From Octopus vulgaris (taxonomy: Eukaryota), in NCBI GenBank assembly GCA_951406725.2, contig OX597817.1, positions 23,064,001-23,128,000 on the forward strand: a stretch of 64,000 nucleotides of DNA, written 5' to 3'. Made by a program: the position numbers and the translations under genes. Every line of letters begins with the position of its first letter. Within the stretch, counting starts at the first letter, position 1. The notes below the pieces were generated by a model. It searched no databases. It was not told the DNA's origin and saw only the letters and a list, made by a program, of their open reading frames with translations. Shown here piece after piece: positions 27,650 through 41,059 of the stretch.

Positions 27650-28730
27650 GCTCACATTTTACATAGATTTACTATATTTTTCAATATATTTTATATTGCT
27701 TGTCGACCCATTTCACTTTCTCTAAACATGACATTGAAATAATTGTAATTTCATAATTTCAGAAGAAACTTTTTGTCCATGTTGTGTATGGAGAAGTTCA
27801 TGAATGAATGATTCAACAAGTAGAAACATCTAAGGTGATGTAATTGGCGATCGATATTATTGGGGACAGGGAATGTAATTGTTCATCTTTCGTTGAGGGG
27901 ATAAATATGCAGAAAAACCCAAAAAGTATAGCAGTGAGATGAAATATGTAGTGATGGGTATGTGAACATGAATTAAAATATATATTGAGAACAAAGTTAG
28001 TTATGCGTTCATATTGAGATGTCTTCTGTGTTTTTTGATGAACATATTTTCTTTATTTAAACACTTTTCTATAGAAGTTGCTTCTTTGCACTGTTAAATG
28101 TGGAAAACTGTGAAGGTTGGTAGGATATTACCTGCACATCTCTTTGTATGTTCGCTCAGAGGAATCCGTCTGTATTGCGGGAATCGGATTTGTTCCTCAT
28201 TTACTGTGGTTCTTCGTCCCACTGTCACACTTGTCTGTTCTATATAGTTATGTCCACAACCTGAACAAGTTATAACATAAATTAGATTCGTAAAGGCACA
28301 AGTGAAGTCGGTTTTAATTGTGAATCTATCTCCTTGTTTTAATATGAATTCAGGGCCTTCCAGCAGGTTAGGGCATTTTCCAATGTTTGGACGTCAGTAT
28401 TTTTTAACCGTTTGTTTCGTGGTTGTTGAGTAAATCTTCGCATTTCTTAGAGGTGTTTTTAGCGATTTGTGCTGATTTTTGCATTTGATGAATTTATATT
28501 GCCAGAATTTTGTTCATATTTGGATCTCCAGTGAGCATAGCCATGTTTGGTGCAATAGTGTTGTATGTCTCATTGTTTCTAGGGATGTGAGTCGATATTT
28601 ACAGTAATGTTTTGAGATGAGGTGTGGTGTTACGTTTTGTTGCTCTTAGTATTTTAATTTCTTAGCACGCTTTATCCTAGCTTCTATAAGTGAGGTTGGA
28701 TATTGTCTCGCTGTATTTGATACATTGCTA
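27650..28730 (-). mobile_element. Penelope-like element 3' part (GIY-YIG endonuclease and 3' UTR)
   Basis: FTCAFTNLIYVITCSGCGHNYIEQT..EQIRFPQYRRIPLSEHTKRCAG; 3' UTR homologous to about 38700-38770. Confidence 0.85.
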
Positions 28731-29052
28731 GTAATTAAACGCGCTCCCTTATATTTGTATAGACTAACCTACACTGCAGGGTTTCTCTGGTTATTTCATT
28801 TAGTCCTCAATGACCTATTTCTTTGTGCTGTGTCAGGACCTACATGCCAAATAATAGATCCAACGTTTATTTCCCTCTCATCTAAGTCGACTAAAAGATT
28901 TTGACTTCGTAAAACCCTCTCCAACAACGATAACCCTAAGTAACATAGGTTGGATGTTTGCAGCCTTAGGGTGCAAAAGCTCACACGCCAGGCGTAGCGA
29001 ATTTCCGAAAAGCAGTAGAAGTAGTGACGAGCTGGTACAGCGTGTGTCCATG

Positions 29053-29055
29053 CTG

Positions 29056-29109
<54 letters not shown>

Positions 29110-29110
29110 A

Positions 29111-29147
<37 letters not shown>

Positions 29148-29160
29148 ACTGCTACTACTT
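29053..29160. repeat. (CTA)n/(CTG)n microsatellite
   Basis: Directly visible. Confidence 0.97.
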
Positions 29161-30184
29161 TTCTTGCGTTAGATAGACATTGCGCCCGTCATACTTCTCT
29201 ACATTGAGCACCATTAAAAGTTCCAAGCTGACCCATAAATCGTTGGTTTTTACAGCCGCATTAACTTCTATTATTTCTGAGAAAGTAGGTGTTTCTAACA
29301 TTCACACAAATTACTGTCGTGATAGCAGTTGAATCTCCGTAAAGCAATGACATATACATTTGGAGATTTAGTCGCTGATATAGAAGAAAACACGATGAGC
29401 AATGTCTGATTATTTCTAATTATAAATCTGCTAAATTACAGCTGACATAATATAAACAACAATAAGATCAAGAAAACAACCACGAATGTAAGTCTCGGAC
29501 CTGTGCTTCTTGTAGATTCGCATAAGTATTTAATTAAGTTCAGTACCTTATTAATAGTAAGTGTGAACTCTTATACTTCTGTTATCATCGATATTATCGA
29601 TATAAAATGCATAAACAAATAAACTGTACGATTCGAGTACGTAATAATAATTTACTAACACTATTCATATCATAATGATTGAATTATTTATGACTATCTA
29701 CGGTATTAATGCGAGGAATATATGTCGATATTAATATTAAATATTAAACTAGGCTGTATATTTTATGAGATGTTAAGTAATTATTTCGTTGGTATATGTG
29801 TGCGGATGAAAGTAGTTGTCAATTACATATCAAAATTAAAGTCTCTCTTCCTCCCTCTCTTCAACGCGCTTTCTCTCTCTCCCTCTCTCTCTCACATACA
29901 CACGCACTCACGCACGTGCACATACACACAGATAAACAAACACATGACCTTTATGGAAACGTTAATTTACTGGAAATATCAAAATATTCTACACAAACGT
30001 TCTATATTCCTCTCTCTTGTATTCTCTGCACTGAATGTATACATATAGTTCTATAATCATATAATCATAAATGGATATATATGTAGGCATATATACACTT
30101 ACATGTTATTTTTTAAAAGGCACACACACATATACACATGTACACACACATAAATATATGTACATGCACATATGTGTGTGTGTT

Positions 30185-30228
<44 letters not shown>

Positions 30229-31018
30229 TAGATAGATAGAAAATAGACAAAAATATTGGCACATACAGATATATAAAGTTTAATTTTGAATTATCTATAT
30301 ATTTATTCACTTTTAATATCATTTCAAAATGTAATCAACAGACATATTTCGGTTTATATTTGTTTAACTTGAGTTTAGTAAAAGATAAATTACACTGAGT
30401 GTACAATATAATTAATTATATATCTGATAGTGACATTTATTCTTCAGATAATTTTGTAGAAAAGTTTGATTTTGGTTTAAATATTATTCACCAAAGAATT
30501 AATCTTTAATCTGTTTGCTGTTGCAGGTGCAACTAAATTGGTAATATGTTGGTGAGATGAACGATATAAAACGCTTTCTCTTCCTTCTGGAATACAGGAG
30601 TGAAAGAATATTGGAACCGGAATCTAAATAGATTTCCCAAGCGTTCATATATTGCCATGCAGTTAATATTTTCCTCTACACTTAAAGCATCTTTCGTCCG
30701 CTTTCAGTTTATAAGAAAACCAAATAATTTTCTACCATAATAGACGTACTATAAGGAGATGAATAAGTTTTGTATCTATATACATACACCTTATCTCATT
30801 GCTTTCATTGATTTTTATATTCTTGAATTCTTCCCGGGGATAAATATAATTTCTATCTATTGAAAAGTTAACTATATCTATTAACTCAACGGAATAAAAA
30901 GATATAACCTTATTTTATTTCTGCAATATTTGAATGACTATATCCACTATTTCGCTTTCATTCTTATCTTTCTGGGCTTCTCTCTTTTACTGTTTCTCCC
31001 CCTCTCTCTCTCTCTCTG

Positions 31019-31071
<53 letters not shown>

Positions 31072-31207
31072 AGATGAACGTGTTATTTGTGCAGAGACAT
31101 TAGTGTTTTGTACCTTGTTTACGTCTAGCTACAATAAAATGTACATTCAACTCTACATGTTTTAAGCAATGTAGACTATATCAATTTATAATATTTCGTA
31201 TTAGTTC

Positions 31208-31840
31208 AGGTCGGTGAGCTGCCGAACACTTTAAGTGGTCGGATAAAGTGTTTTGGAGCGTTTCGGCCATTTTTACAATTTGAGATCAGATTTTACCATG
31301 TTTTACATTTCCTCTTCAACCTTTCGGGGGTCGATAAAATGCGTACCAGTTAAGCACTGAGGACGATGTTTCCAGTTACACGCACTCAGGAAATGATTAG
31401 GATTGTGCCAAAATTTGAAACCAATGTTCCGTATTAGTGACTTGTTCAAAAACTGCTCAGTTAATTTTTGAACATTTTGTTACTGTGTTTGAGTTAATAA
31501 AAATGCATTGCACTATTTGTCCTTCTAATCTAAAAACGTTTGTGTTTAATTTCGGCATAAACATTGAATGTTTCCAGCAGGTTCAGCAAAATAACATACG
31601 TATATATACATACGCTATTGAATAGTAATTCGATAAGATGGCAAGCTGGCAAGCTGGCAGAATTGTTAGCACGCTGGATGAAATGCTTAGCGGTATTCGC
31701 CATGTTGTGAGTTCAAATTGCACCGAGGTCGACTTTATATTTCATCCTATCGGTGTCGATAAATGAAGTACCAGTTGAGTACTCTACTATCCCTCTCCAC
31801 CAAATTTCAGGTAATGGGTCTATAACAGAAAGGATTAAAC
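31208..31840 (+). mobile_element. Two older SINE family B copies (about 31208-31420 and 31637-31840)
   Basis: Family-B motifs: gagctgccgaa and cctttcgggggtcgataaa..gtaccagtt in the first copy; agctggcagaa, gttcaaatt, gaggtcgacttt and ggtgtcgataaa..gtaccagtt in the second. Confidence 0.8.
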
Positions 31841-32069
31841 AATACTTCGATATGTTGACTTAATAAATGTATGATGTGTTAACAAAACTTTCCTGGACTA
31901 TTTCTGTAGCGTACCAGTCGATTCCAACACAAAGTTACGTGCGCAATGAGACCTAACAATGATCTTCATGAGGCAGTTGTGAAATTTGTGTTCTTGTGAA
32001 ATTTCTGTTCTTGTGACAGCGCTAGTTGTGAAATTTGTGTTCTTGTGGTTATGTGTATGCTGCATCTAC

Positions 32070-32765
32070 GATTTTTGTCATGAACGGAAAGTTTGAACAA
32101 AGATCCAATGTGAAATTTTCCGTTAAAACTTGGAAAGAGACATTGAACAGGCATCGACAAGCTTACAACGGTGAGGCAATGGGTCGCACGCAATGTTTTG
32201 AGTGGCACAGGCACAAGACAGAGCCGCAGCTCGATCAAGACCATGCTCATCGATTTTTCCGACATCTACAGTAATGTGCATCGACAATTTGTCCCCCAGG
32301 ATCTGACGGTCAATCGAGAGTTTTACTGCGACGTGTTGAAGCATTCAAAGGAGGACATTCGTCGAAAGCAACAGGATCTGTGGAGTACAAATAATCGGAT
32401 TTTTTACGATGAAAATGCACCCAGTTGCCGAACTCATCTCACTCGTGAGCTTCTCACCAAAACCATGTGGTATCGCTGCACCCACCTACTTTACAAGAAT
32501 TAGCTTCTGCGGATATCCACCTCTTCCCCAAGATGACAATGCAGCTCAAAAGTTGCCGTTTTAACACCTTTGTCGAGATCAATTGCGAATCGCAAAAGGC
32601 CCTTTGACTCGCTTACGGTTAACGACTTCCAGACCAGATTCCAAAACTGGCAGGGATGCTGGGACCGATGTATTATTGTGCAATACGAAGACGATGTTAA
32701 AACCGAGGTAAACATTTTGATAGTGCTTCGTATACCACTTTTTGTTGCTCACTTATTTCACTTAA
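32070..32765 (+). mobile_element. mariner transposase remnant, internally deleted
   Basis: EQRSNVKF, AMGRTQCFEWH, KTML..VHRQFVPQDLTVNREFYCDVL, DENAP, LFPKM, FQNWQGCWDRCI. Confidence 0.9.
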
Positions 32766-32787
32766 TATACATGGGTGCATGTGTGTA

Positions 32788-32846
<59 letters not shown>

Positions 32847-32849
32847 ATA

Positions 32850-32927
<78 letters not shown>

Positions 32928-33099
32928 AAGTATATTTGTCACTGGATGCTAATTTAGGTTGTAGCCCCAGGAGGCTACAAGCTACAGTAGTATCCAACCT
33001 TAGTGGTTAGCCACATTTAAGTGGCAAATATACTTCACATTGTCGTGCAGCTACGGTTTATACCCCTTTCAGAGATTTATTATTGCTTATATACATACA

Positions 33100-33135
<36 letters not shown>

Positions 33136-34199
33136 TATATAATCCATACACACACACATATATAACCTATAAATGCACATATATAAATAATCAGTATCGC
33201 TACATATATATATAGAGAGAGAGTCACAAACGGAAAACCAGATACACCCATACCCGTAGAAATATATGTGTATATATGATTTTAATTTCATCCAGTTGCA
33301 AGTTTGATCAGGGGTAATTAGCATAAAAATGCTAACAGTAACCATGGTAACAATATTGAGCTAAGGAACGAGCCTAGCAGTTCCGATCTGGCCAAGTGAA
33401 CTTTTCTCTGATATGAAAATAACGATGTAATAATCTTTGTTTTCATATCATCGTATAAAGATTTGCTATAGCTTTATCCAGCAGTGATAACTATAACGCA
33501 ATAATAATATAGATAATGTTTTCGATTTCGTTCTATTGTTATGATTGCCTACTGAAAAGTATAGATAGCTCTCTAGATGGAAGAGTGAAAATATCAGATA
33601 AAATAAAGGTTGCAATGATATTCATTCCAACGAGTCTTCCTTCATTACAGCCTATGGAAACATTGACAATATCTTAAGTATCATTTGTCACTCTTTGTCA
33701 ATCCCTGTATACACACACACATACACGCACAAACACACGCTCACACACACGCACACACACACACGCTCACACACACGCACACACACACGCACGCACACAA
33801 GCACACACACGCATACACGCAGAGCACAGCTCACTGTCCAATTTCTATGTAATATAAAAAGATTAGATATGATTTGAGAGAGATTTGGCGGATTGTTCTG
33901 ATTTAGATATAATTTTGGTTGGCGTTGCCCCTCCCAGAAGGGAGCCATGAGGAAAAAAAAATTAGCCGTGAGCATCCTGCGTGTTATATTCAGTTGTACA
34001 ATGTGTTAATGTTAGTGATGTTAGTGGGAAGTCTTGGATTCACGGGTGTTGCGACGCTAGCAGTGTCCATAAGCTGAATTTCCTTGCTCTTTTCCTTTTT
34101 CGAGCGTATCTTTTCTTTTTTCTTTCTGTTCCTCAGCGTTGCCCGTGCTAGCAAGATTTTGGTCGTACCTCTTTCTGCCTTTTAAGGCACGGAGTGGGT

Positions 34200-34870
34200 G
34201 GAGACAATTGTTTTTCAAATTTTTTTGTCTGTCTTCCGACAGCAGATGTGAGAAGGATAAAAAAAGAAGAGCTTACACTCTTCTGCAAGGACACTTTTAC
34301 AAATTTTAAAATTAAGAAAGGAATAAAAAAAAGGAGAAATTATATTGAAAATTCGCTCCAAATGGGGAAAGACCCGCCTAATCGGCCTGGCCAGAGAAAT
34401 GTAAAAATGTTCACATATAACAATAGTATCTTTAAAATTGAACAAAAACTTTCACATCACGAACACACGTCCTTCCTCATTGAAATCCACGAGCATAGTC
34501 CCCTCTAATAATAATAAAAACAACAACAATAATAATAATAATAACAACAACAACAACAACAACAATAATAATAATAGTAATAATAATAATAATAATAATA
34601 CTGAAGCTAAAGTGAAGATCATATAAATCGTTCATCTTTGTATTGGTGAAGTGACAGTTCCCAAACATAAGAATATCTGCTTCAAACTTGATTTCACATC
34701 AAGAATCATGCACAGCAAACACATAATAGTAATTTGTCTGAAGGATTTCAGAATACTTTAAGAAGTTCGTCAGATGTTTTTAAGGAATAGATTACAGTGA
34801 CTTCGAAACTTCGACTTGCCCTCTTTTTCAAAACACAATCTGGCGACGGAGTTTAAGCAAAGGTTTTGAC
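34200..34870 (+). mobile_element. Possible Sola-type DNA transposase relic split by (AAT/AAC)n
   Basis: CKDTF..GIKKRRNYIENSLQMGKDPPNRPGQ..HEHTSF resembles, from memory, the Sola1-type pattern VCKxAF..GI..P.D.RGKH..HI.SF..SHY. Confidence 0.35.
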
Positions 34871-34921
34871 ATTGATTTCAAATAAAGGAAATACGCACAG
34901 ACATACGTTCATAAGCATTGG

Positions 34922-34962
<41 letters not shown>

Positions 34963-35026
34963 TCAGGGTGAATACTTGATAATTGTAAGCACCTGTATAT
35001 GACATTTAGTGGTATAGGTGATAGAG

Positions 35027-35230
35027 TATATTTATCAAAATAAAAACATGATGCAAATGATTTAGCGGTACATATGTTCGGGCCTTTATTAGACGGTTTA
35101 TAACAATGCATAATTGATGTAAATGTGTGTCTATAACCTTCTTTACATCAATTATGCATCGTTATAAACCGTCTAATAAAGGCCCGAAACATATGTACCG
35201 CTAAATCCTTTGCATCATGTTTTTATTTTG

Positions 35231-35239
<9 letters not shown>
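35027..35239. repeat. Near-perfect inverted repeat (about 97-bp arms, 18-nt loop) between (TA)n arrays
   Basis: 35027-35123 versus 35142-35239, about 3 differences by eye. Confidence 0.95.
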
Positions 35240-35304
<65 letters not shown>

Positions 35305-35743
35305 GTGTCCTAGGGTGTGATAGTCTATGTCTATTGATTTCGTTAAGTGTCTTACTCATGAATGTTCGTTCATATTTGTACTAGCGTGTCTCTACATTTA
35401 CTTATGGTTACTTCGTATATAGTGTGCGTGAGTATATATACTACTATATATAAAACTATTGTCCTGTCTTTGAACTTAATTCTTTTGCTGAACCCTTTCA
35501 AATATAAATTATAGTTTAATAGTTCTCTGTTTAAGAGTGGCACTGTGTGTAAATGAGTGACGTGAGTGTGTGTTTGTGTGTGTGTGTGTGTGTGTGTCTA
35601 TGCGTATCTATGTGTGGTCTCATGTGGAACATATGTATGTTTGTATATATGTATTTATGTATGAAAGTGTGAATGTATATATTTGGGTATATATGTGCCT
35701 GTATATTTATTTTTCACTTGATTTCTGTGAGGGTATTTATATG

Positions 35744-35809
<66 letters not shown>

Positions 35810-36183
35810 AATGAGCAAGTGTGTGTGTGTGTGTAAGGTTGTATGTGTTATATGTACGCGTTGCTTAAATTAACTTATCTAGCATTTCTTCCTAAACTTT
35901 GACATTTTAGTATAATATATTATTTTGTTTTGACTGTTCTATATTTTCTTGACTTTTCACAGTATGAAGAAAAAAACATTTCGTAGTATTTTTTTTTGCA
36001 ACACTGTGTGACATTGCTTTATTTAACAATCAAACAATCATTGCAATTCTTTGTGTAACGTTGCATACAAAATTTTGATAGTTTTTATCAATTCTTTGTA
36101 TTTAAATTATGATTGGTTTTTGTTATGTGATTTATAGATAATTGTCATACACACACACACAAACCCACACACGCGTATACTCT

Positions 36184-36220
<37 letters not shown>

Positions 36221-36345
36221 TACACACACATATATATGTAAATATATGCACATATTTATACACGTATGTATGTCTATCTCCTCTTGTATGTCTGTCTATT
36301 CCTCTTACTCTCCCTCTCTCTTTCTCTTTAAATAAATAAATAAAT

Positions 36346-36407
<62 letters not shown>

Positions 36408-37094
36408 GCTCACACAAACACACGTATATTCATATTAAAGCATAGTGCATTTTTTATATATGAAATTTTCTTGGTAACTTTTTTATGTAATACTCTAAAA
36501 ATGTCGTTTAAATAATATTCCATTTTCTTTTTGTTAATCGCCGTGTTAAATTTATTTACGTTATTTAATTCGCTATTATTTTGTTAATTCTTTAAAATTT
36601 AATATATATATATATATATATTTACCTACATATATGTCTAAGTCTGTGTGTCTCTGTGTGTGTGAGTGTGCATGCGTGTGTGACTACAGGAATATCTATA
36701 GTTATATGTGAATGTGTCTGTATATATATATATATATATATTTACCTAACTCTATGTAAACACAGCTACACAAAATAACTATATATAACTACAATCTGAT
36801 TTTATACACATCACAAATGGAGACAGGATTTCACTTCAACACACACAATCACACAGAATTATGTAATGTGTCGATGTGAGTTTATATACACATATCCAAA
36901 ATTATACTCTCTTACAAGCTCATAAAACTTATAACTGAAAGAATGCGAAACTATATGCCCGCGGTTAGCCACAAGAATTATATAGAACTATAAATATGTG
37001 TGTGTGTGTGCGTGTGTGTGTGTGTGTGTCTTGTCAGTGTATAATATATTCTAAAAAGAAGCAAATCTAGAACATAGAACAATAATGTATATGC

Positions 37095-37602
37095 CCAGTC
37101 ATAGAGTGACCAATGGTTTCACACCCACAAAGAGCTTAGACTCATTGATGACTCGTCAGATTCTAAAGCCGAAGTCATATAATTGTTCATCTCTGAGAGG
37201 TAAGATTCAATTACAGTCAATTAGTTAGTAAATAAACAAAGAATAAGAAATACGGTTCGGCGAGTACGAGTAATCTCACTCAGACTAGTCCATATGGTTC
37301 AAAAAAGGGATACTGGGAATTTCGCCCATAGGTTGCTTTTAACTCGGAAGGAACTTTTAGATCCGAAAGGGTCCTTATGAGCTAAAAGGAAGCTAAGGGC
37401 GAAATTCCGGTCCTGGTCAACGCGGACTGTTTAGTCTTTCTTTACTTGCTAACTAGCAGACCGTAACTCGTTCCGTAACACTTCTCAGATTTGAAGAATT
37501 ATTTGCCCTCGACTTTAGAGTATGACGTGTCGTCCATGGGGCTAGGCCCTTTATGGATGCGAAACCATTGATATGCGAGACCATTAATCACTCTTTGTCT
37601 TG
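37095..37602. repeat. About 500-bp imperfect palindrome (foldback) centred on GATC at 37360-37363
   Basis: ggaatttcgccc/gggcgaaattcc and caatggtttc/gaaaccattg arm pairs; the outer 90 nt align without gaps at about 78%. Confidence 0.88.
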
Positions 37603-38082
37603 ACAGGACAATACTTAACTGCATATAAAAAACGATATATATATGTATGCATGTATGTATGTATGTATGCATGCATGTATGTATGTATGCATGTATGTAT
37701 GCATATATGTATGTATGCATGTATGTATGCATATATGTATGTATGTATGTATGCATGTATGTATGTATGTATGTATGTATGTATGTATGTATGTATGTAT
37801 GTATGTATGTATGTATGTATGTATGTATCTACCTATCTATCTATCAATATCTAAATGCCAATTAGTTTGAGAAACTTATTGTTCAAATACACTTCTCGAT
37901 ACTGACACAAACATGCGTAAAAATAAAAACGAGATGTACAAAAATTGAAATATATTCCTAAAAGGAAAACTATTCTTTATGTGTATGCGTCAGCGCGTGT
38001 GCGTATTGGTGTGTGTATGCATATACATATACCTACACACATACACACACTGAGACACATACACACACACACACAAACACAC

Positions 38083-38129
<47 letters not shown>

Positions 38130-38130
<1 letters not shown>

Positions 38131-38860
38131 CAAATGACTGCTGACAAATGCAAACCATACACAACAAAACCAATAGTTAAAAATACGGGTGTCCAAATTG
38201 TGGAACATAACCCTACTTACTGCAAGGTTCAGAATTCCATTTGAAACAAGGAGATTAAAAATTAAGACCAATGTTTCACTTGTGCATCCGAGAGACGAAG
38301 ATCTATACAGCATAAGGAACTGCTCCTTTCCCAATATGTAGGCAGTTACCTTTGCGTGAACACATAGAGAGATGTGCAGGGTATCGCTAACCAAACTTCA
38401 TGGTATTCCACATCTACCAGTGCAAGAAATCAATTTCTCTGCAAGGACGATTAAACACAGAATATATATTTATCGATAAATACAAAAAGCACCTTAATAT
38501 GAATGCATAACCAATTAGAATTTCAGTAAATGTTTTAATACATGATCGTATACCCAACACTACATATTTTATCTCACTACTTTACCTAATGAGTTTATGT
38601 AAAGTGTCCCGATTAATAACAATCATCAGTTATCTCCCCTTAAATTGTTATACATGCTGATTCATTTATAAACTCTCAAACAAGATTATGGACTAAAAAC
38701 TTAAGAAAAATAAGAAACTGCAATAATTACAGAGTCATGATTGGTGAAACAGGAAACCGGTTCACTCTCGCATTACTCTTTCACATGGAATATATTAAAA
38801 CTATGTAAACTATGTGAATTTTCCTTCTTTTATTATATATTTTGCATTACAACTCACTAC
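38130..38860 (+). mobile_element. Penelope-like element 3' remnant (same family as 27650-28730)
   Basis: FTCASE..RRRSIQHKE..RQLPLREHIERCAG; 3' UTR similarity to 27700-27770. Confidence 0.7.
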
Positions 38861-39617
38861 GTGGGCATAATCGCCTCAATGAAATTCTTTTTTATTATAT
38901 ATCTGTCTGTCTATCTATCTATCTATCTGTGTGTGTGTGCTTGTGCGCACGTTTATGCGAGTGTGCGTCTGTGTTTGTGTGTGTATTTGTTTGTGCCTGT
39001 GTTAATTGACAGAGGGAAAGCAAGGACTATAATAGATACGTGTGAACGAGAAATATTGGTGTATTGTTGAGAAATTCGATCCATCTTCACTTTAGCCGTT
39101 TGGAAATTTATGCTCAGAAAATCCTCATACCGACTCTTCATTTTATGTATGCTGTATATCAATTTTAAGCTCTGAAGGACAAAGAATGATGGATTATATT
39201 TCATCGTATTTGATACCACCTGCCACAAGAATAGTAACTTTAAAACAGCAATTGTGAATATTACATTGAAATACTTATTACAGACAAGACATGGGTCTGA
39301 AAGTAGATTAGAAACTTGGAATGGGATATACTAAATAATTAAGACCAATAAAGATATTACTTTATGCAAACTATAGCACGTAATTTAAAGTGAATGCTAG
39401 CATAAAAATCGCAGAATTACCGTCTTGGATATGTTCAGTTTAATAGGGTAGATTCATAAGCACAATCCACTCGCAAGCATATACATGTATAGATATGTTT
39501 TTACATACACATATACATATAATCGCTCATTTGTATATATGTGTGCTTGTATGTGTGTGTGTGTGTGCGTGCGAGTGAGTGTATGCATGTGTGTATGTAT
39601 ATATCTTCTCCCCTCTG

Positions 39618-39667
<50 letters not shown>

Positions 39668-40424
39668 GATGAGTGACAGACATGGAATTTGCGAGAATCT
39701 GGATTATTCAGCTACCTAAATCAATTGTAATCGAAATAAGCGTAACGAAGATTAAAAGACTAGGTACCTTTAGACGCTTAACTGACGAGACATATCTCAA
39801 ATTAAGATGTTCCACGCCTGTTTGCACGTCATCTCACTCTTGAGGAAGCAGTAAATGCTTGGTCGAAATGATCGTAGTGAATATTAAATGGCCTCGTGAA
39901 TTGCATTTTCATTTCTTTTGATTTTTAATATTTACGGGCATGAAGTAAATGATGCAATTTAAATCCAGTTTCATTTACATCTATACTGTTGATGACATCA
40001 AGGAGCCAAATACAGTGAACGTGGTTTAAACGACGTAGTTTGAACTTTTGGCATTTTTATCCAGTTTGATGATAATTCTGCTAATGTATGACTGATTATA
40101 TAAGTTGCTGTTATAGTAGTTCTACTCAAGAGTTACTAAAAGAGCTGTCACTGAAATGAGTAGATAAAATATCGATTTAATAATTTTCTTTTCTTGTTTC
40201 TAATTTATTTTGCTTCGTTTATTTGTTATCTCCTATGCTGACTTGATACAATATTGTAAATAGATATGACTGTAACATATGATTTGAAGTTGTAGCACTA
40301 TATAGCATATCGAGAACCCGGTATTAGAACTGGGTATTACTTCTCGATGGATTTCCTAACAACCATATCGTGATATTTATAGATATAGGCATTCGTGTTC
40401 TGTGTGCGTCTTGTGTATATGTGC

Positions 40425-40810
40425 GGGTGTAGCTATATGGTACGACATTTGTTTTCCAACAAATGTTTAAGAGTTCAGTCCCAGTGCTTGGCACCTTGAG
40501 TAAGCATGCTCTACTATAATCACGGTATGATCAAACAAGTGTGAGGGGATATGGTGGACAGAAACTTAGAAGTCATCTTTAGCTGCGAATATGTGAATTT
40601 GACTTTATGATTGCTCATCGTCACCGCTTGACAAACGGCGCTGCTTTTTTTTTCCTGTAGCATAACTGAGCGGTTGCAAGAAAGTGACAGACATAATAGG
40701 TAACAGGTTTCAAAAATTGAACTGGGGTCGATTCGCTCGAAGAATATCTTCAAGAAATTCTCCAGTATGGCTGCAGCTCAGAGCCTCATCGAAGTACATA
40801 ATAAATGGTC
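40425..40810 (+). mobile_element. Old SINE family A copy
   Basis: gagttcagtcccagtg..ggcaccttgagtaag..ggggtcgattc..ctccagtatggctgcag. Confidence 0.7.
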
Positions 40811-40828
40811 TTTCTCTCTCTCTCTCTT

Positions 40829-40884
<56 letters not shown>

Positions 40885-40966
40885 ATTAAAGAGAGAGAGA
40901 GGAAGAGGGAGAGAAATACCATTTATCGTATACTACGATGAGCCATTGAGCTGCAGCCATACTGGA

Positions 40967-40970
<4 letters not shown>
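40757..40970. repeat. Inverted duplication folded around a (TA)n array
   Basis: attctccagtatggctgcagctca (40757) and tgagctgcagccatactggagaat (ending 40970), plus complementary (TC)n/(GA)n inner arms. Confidence 0.92.
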
Positions 40971-41016
<46 letters not shown>

Positions 41017-41059
41017 AAAGCGCATGGTTTAGCATAAGATCGTGAGTTCGATCCACGGT

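Noticed and set aside
33970-34200. Possible Gypsy gag relic on the minus strand, or a plus-strand splice acceptor at about 34136
   Set aside because: Similarity is limited to a charged low-complexity stretch; the pyrimidine tract is just its complement.
34735-34780. CTGACGA...GAAA hammerhead-like string on the minus strand
   Set aside because: Stems I and III do not pair. The same applies to strings at about 38600-38630 and 54255-54290.
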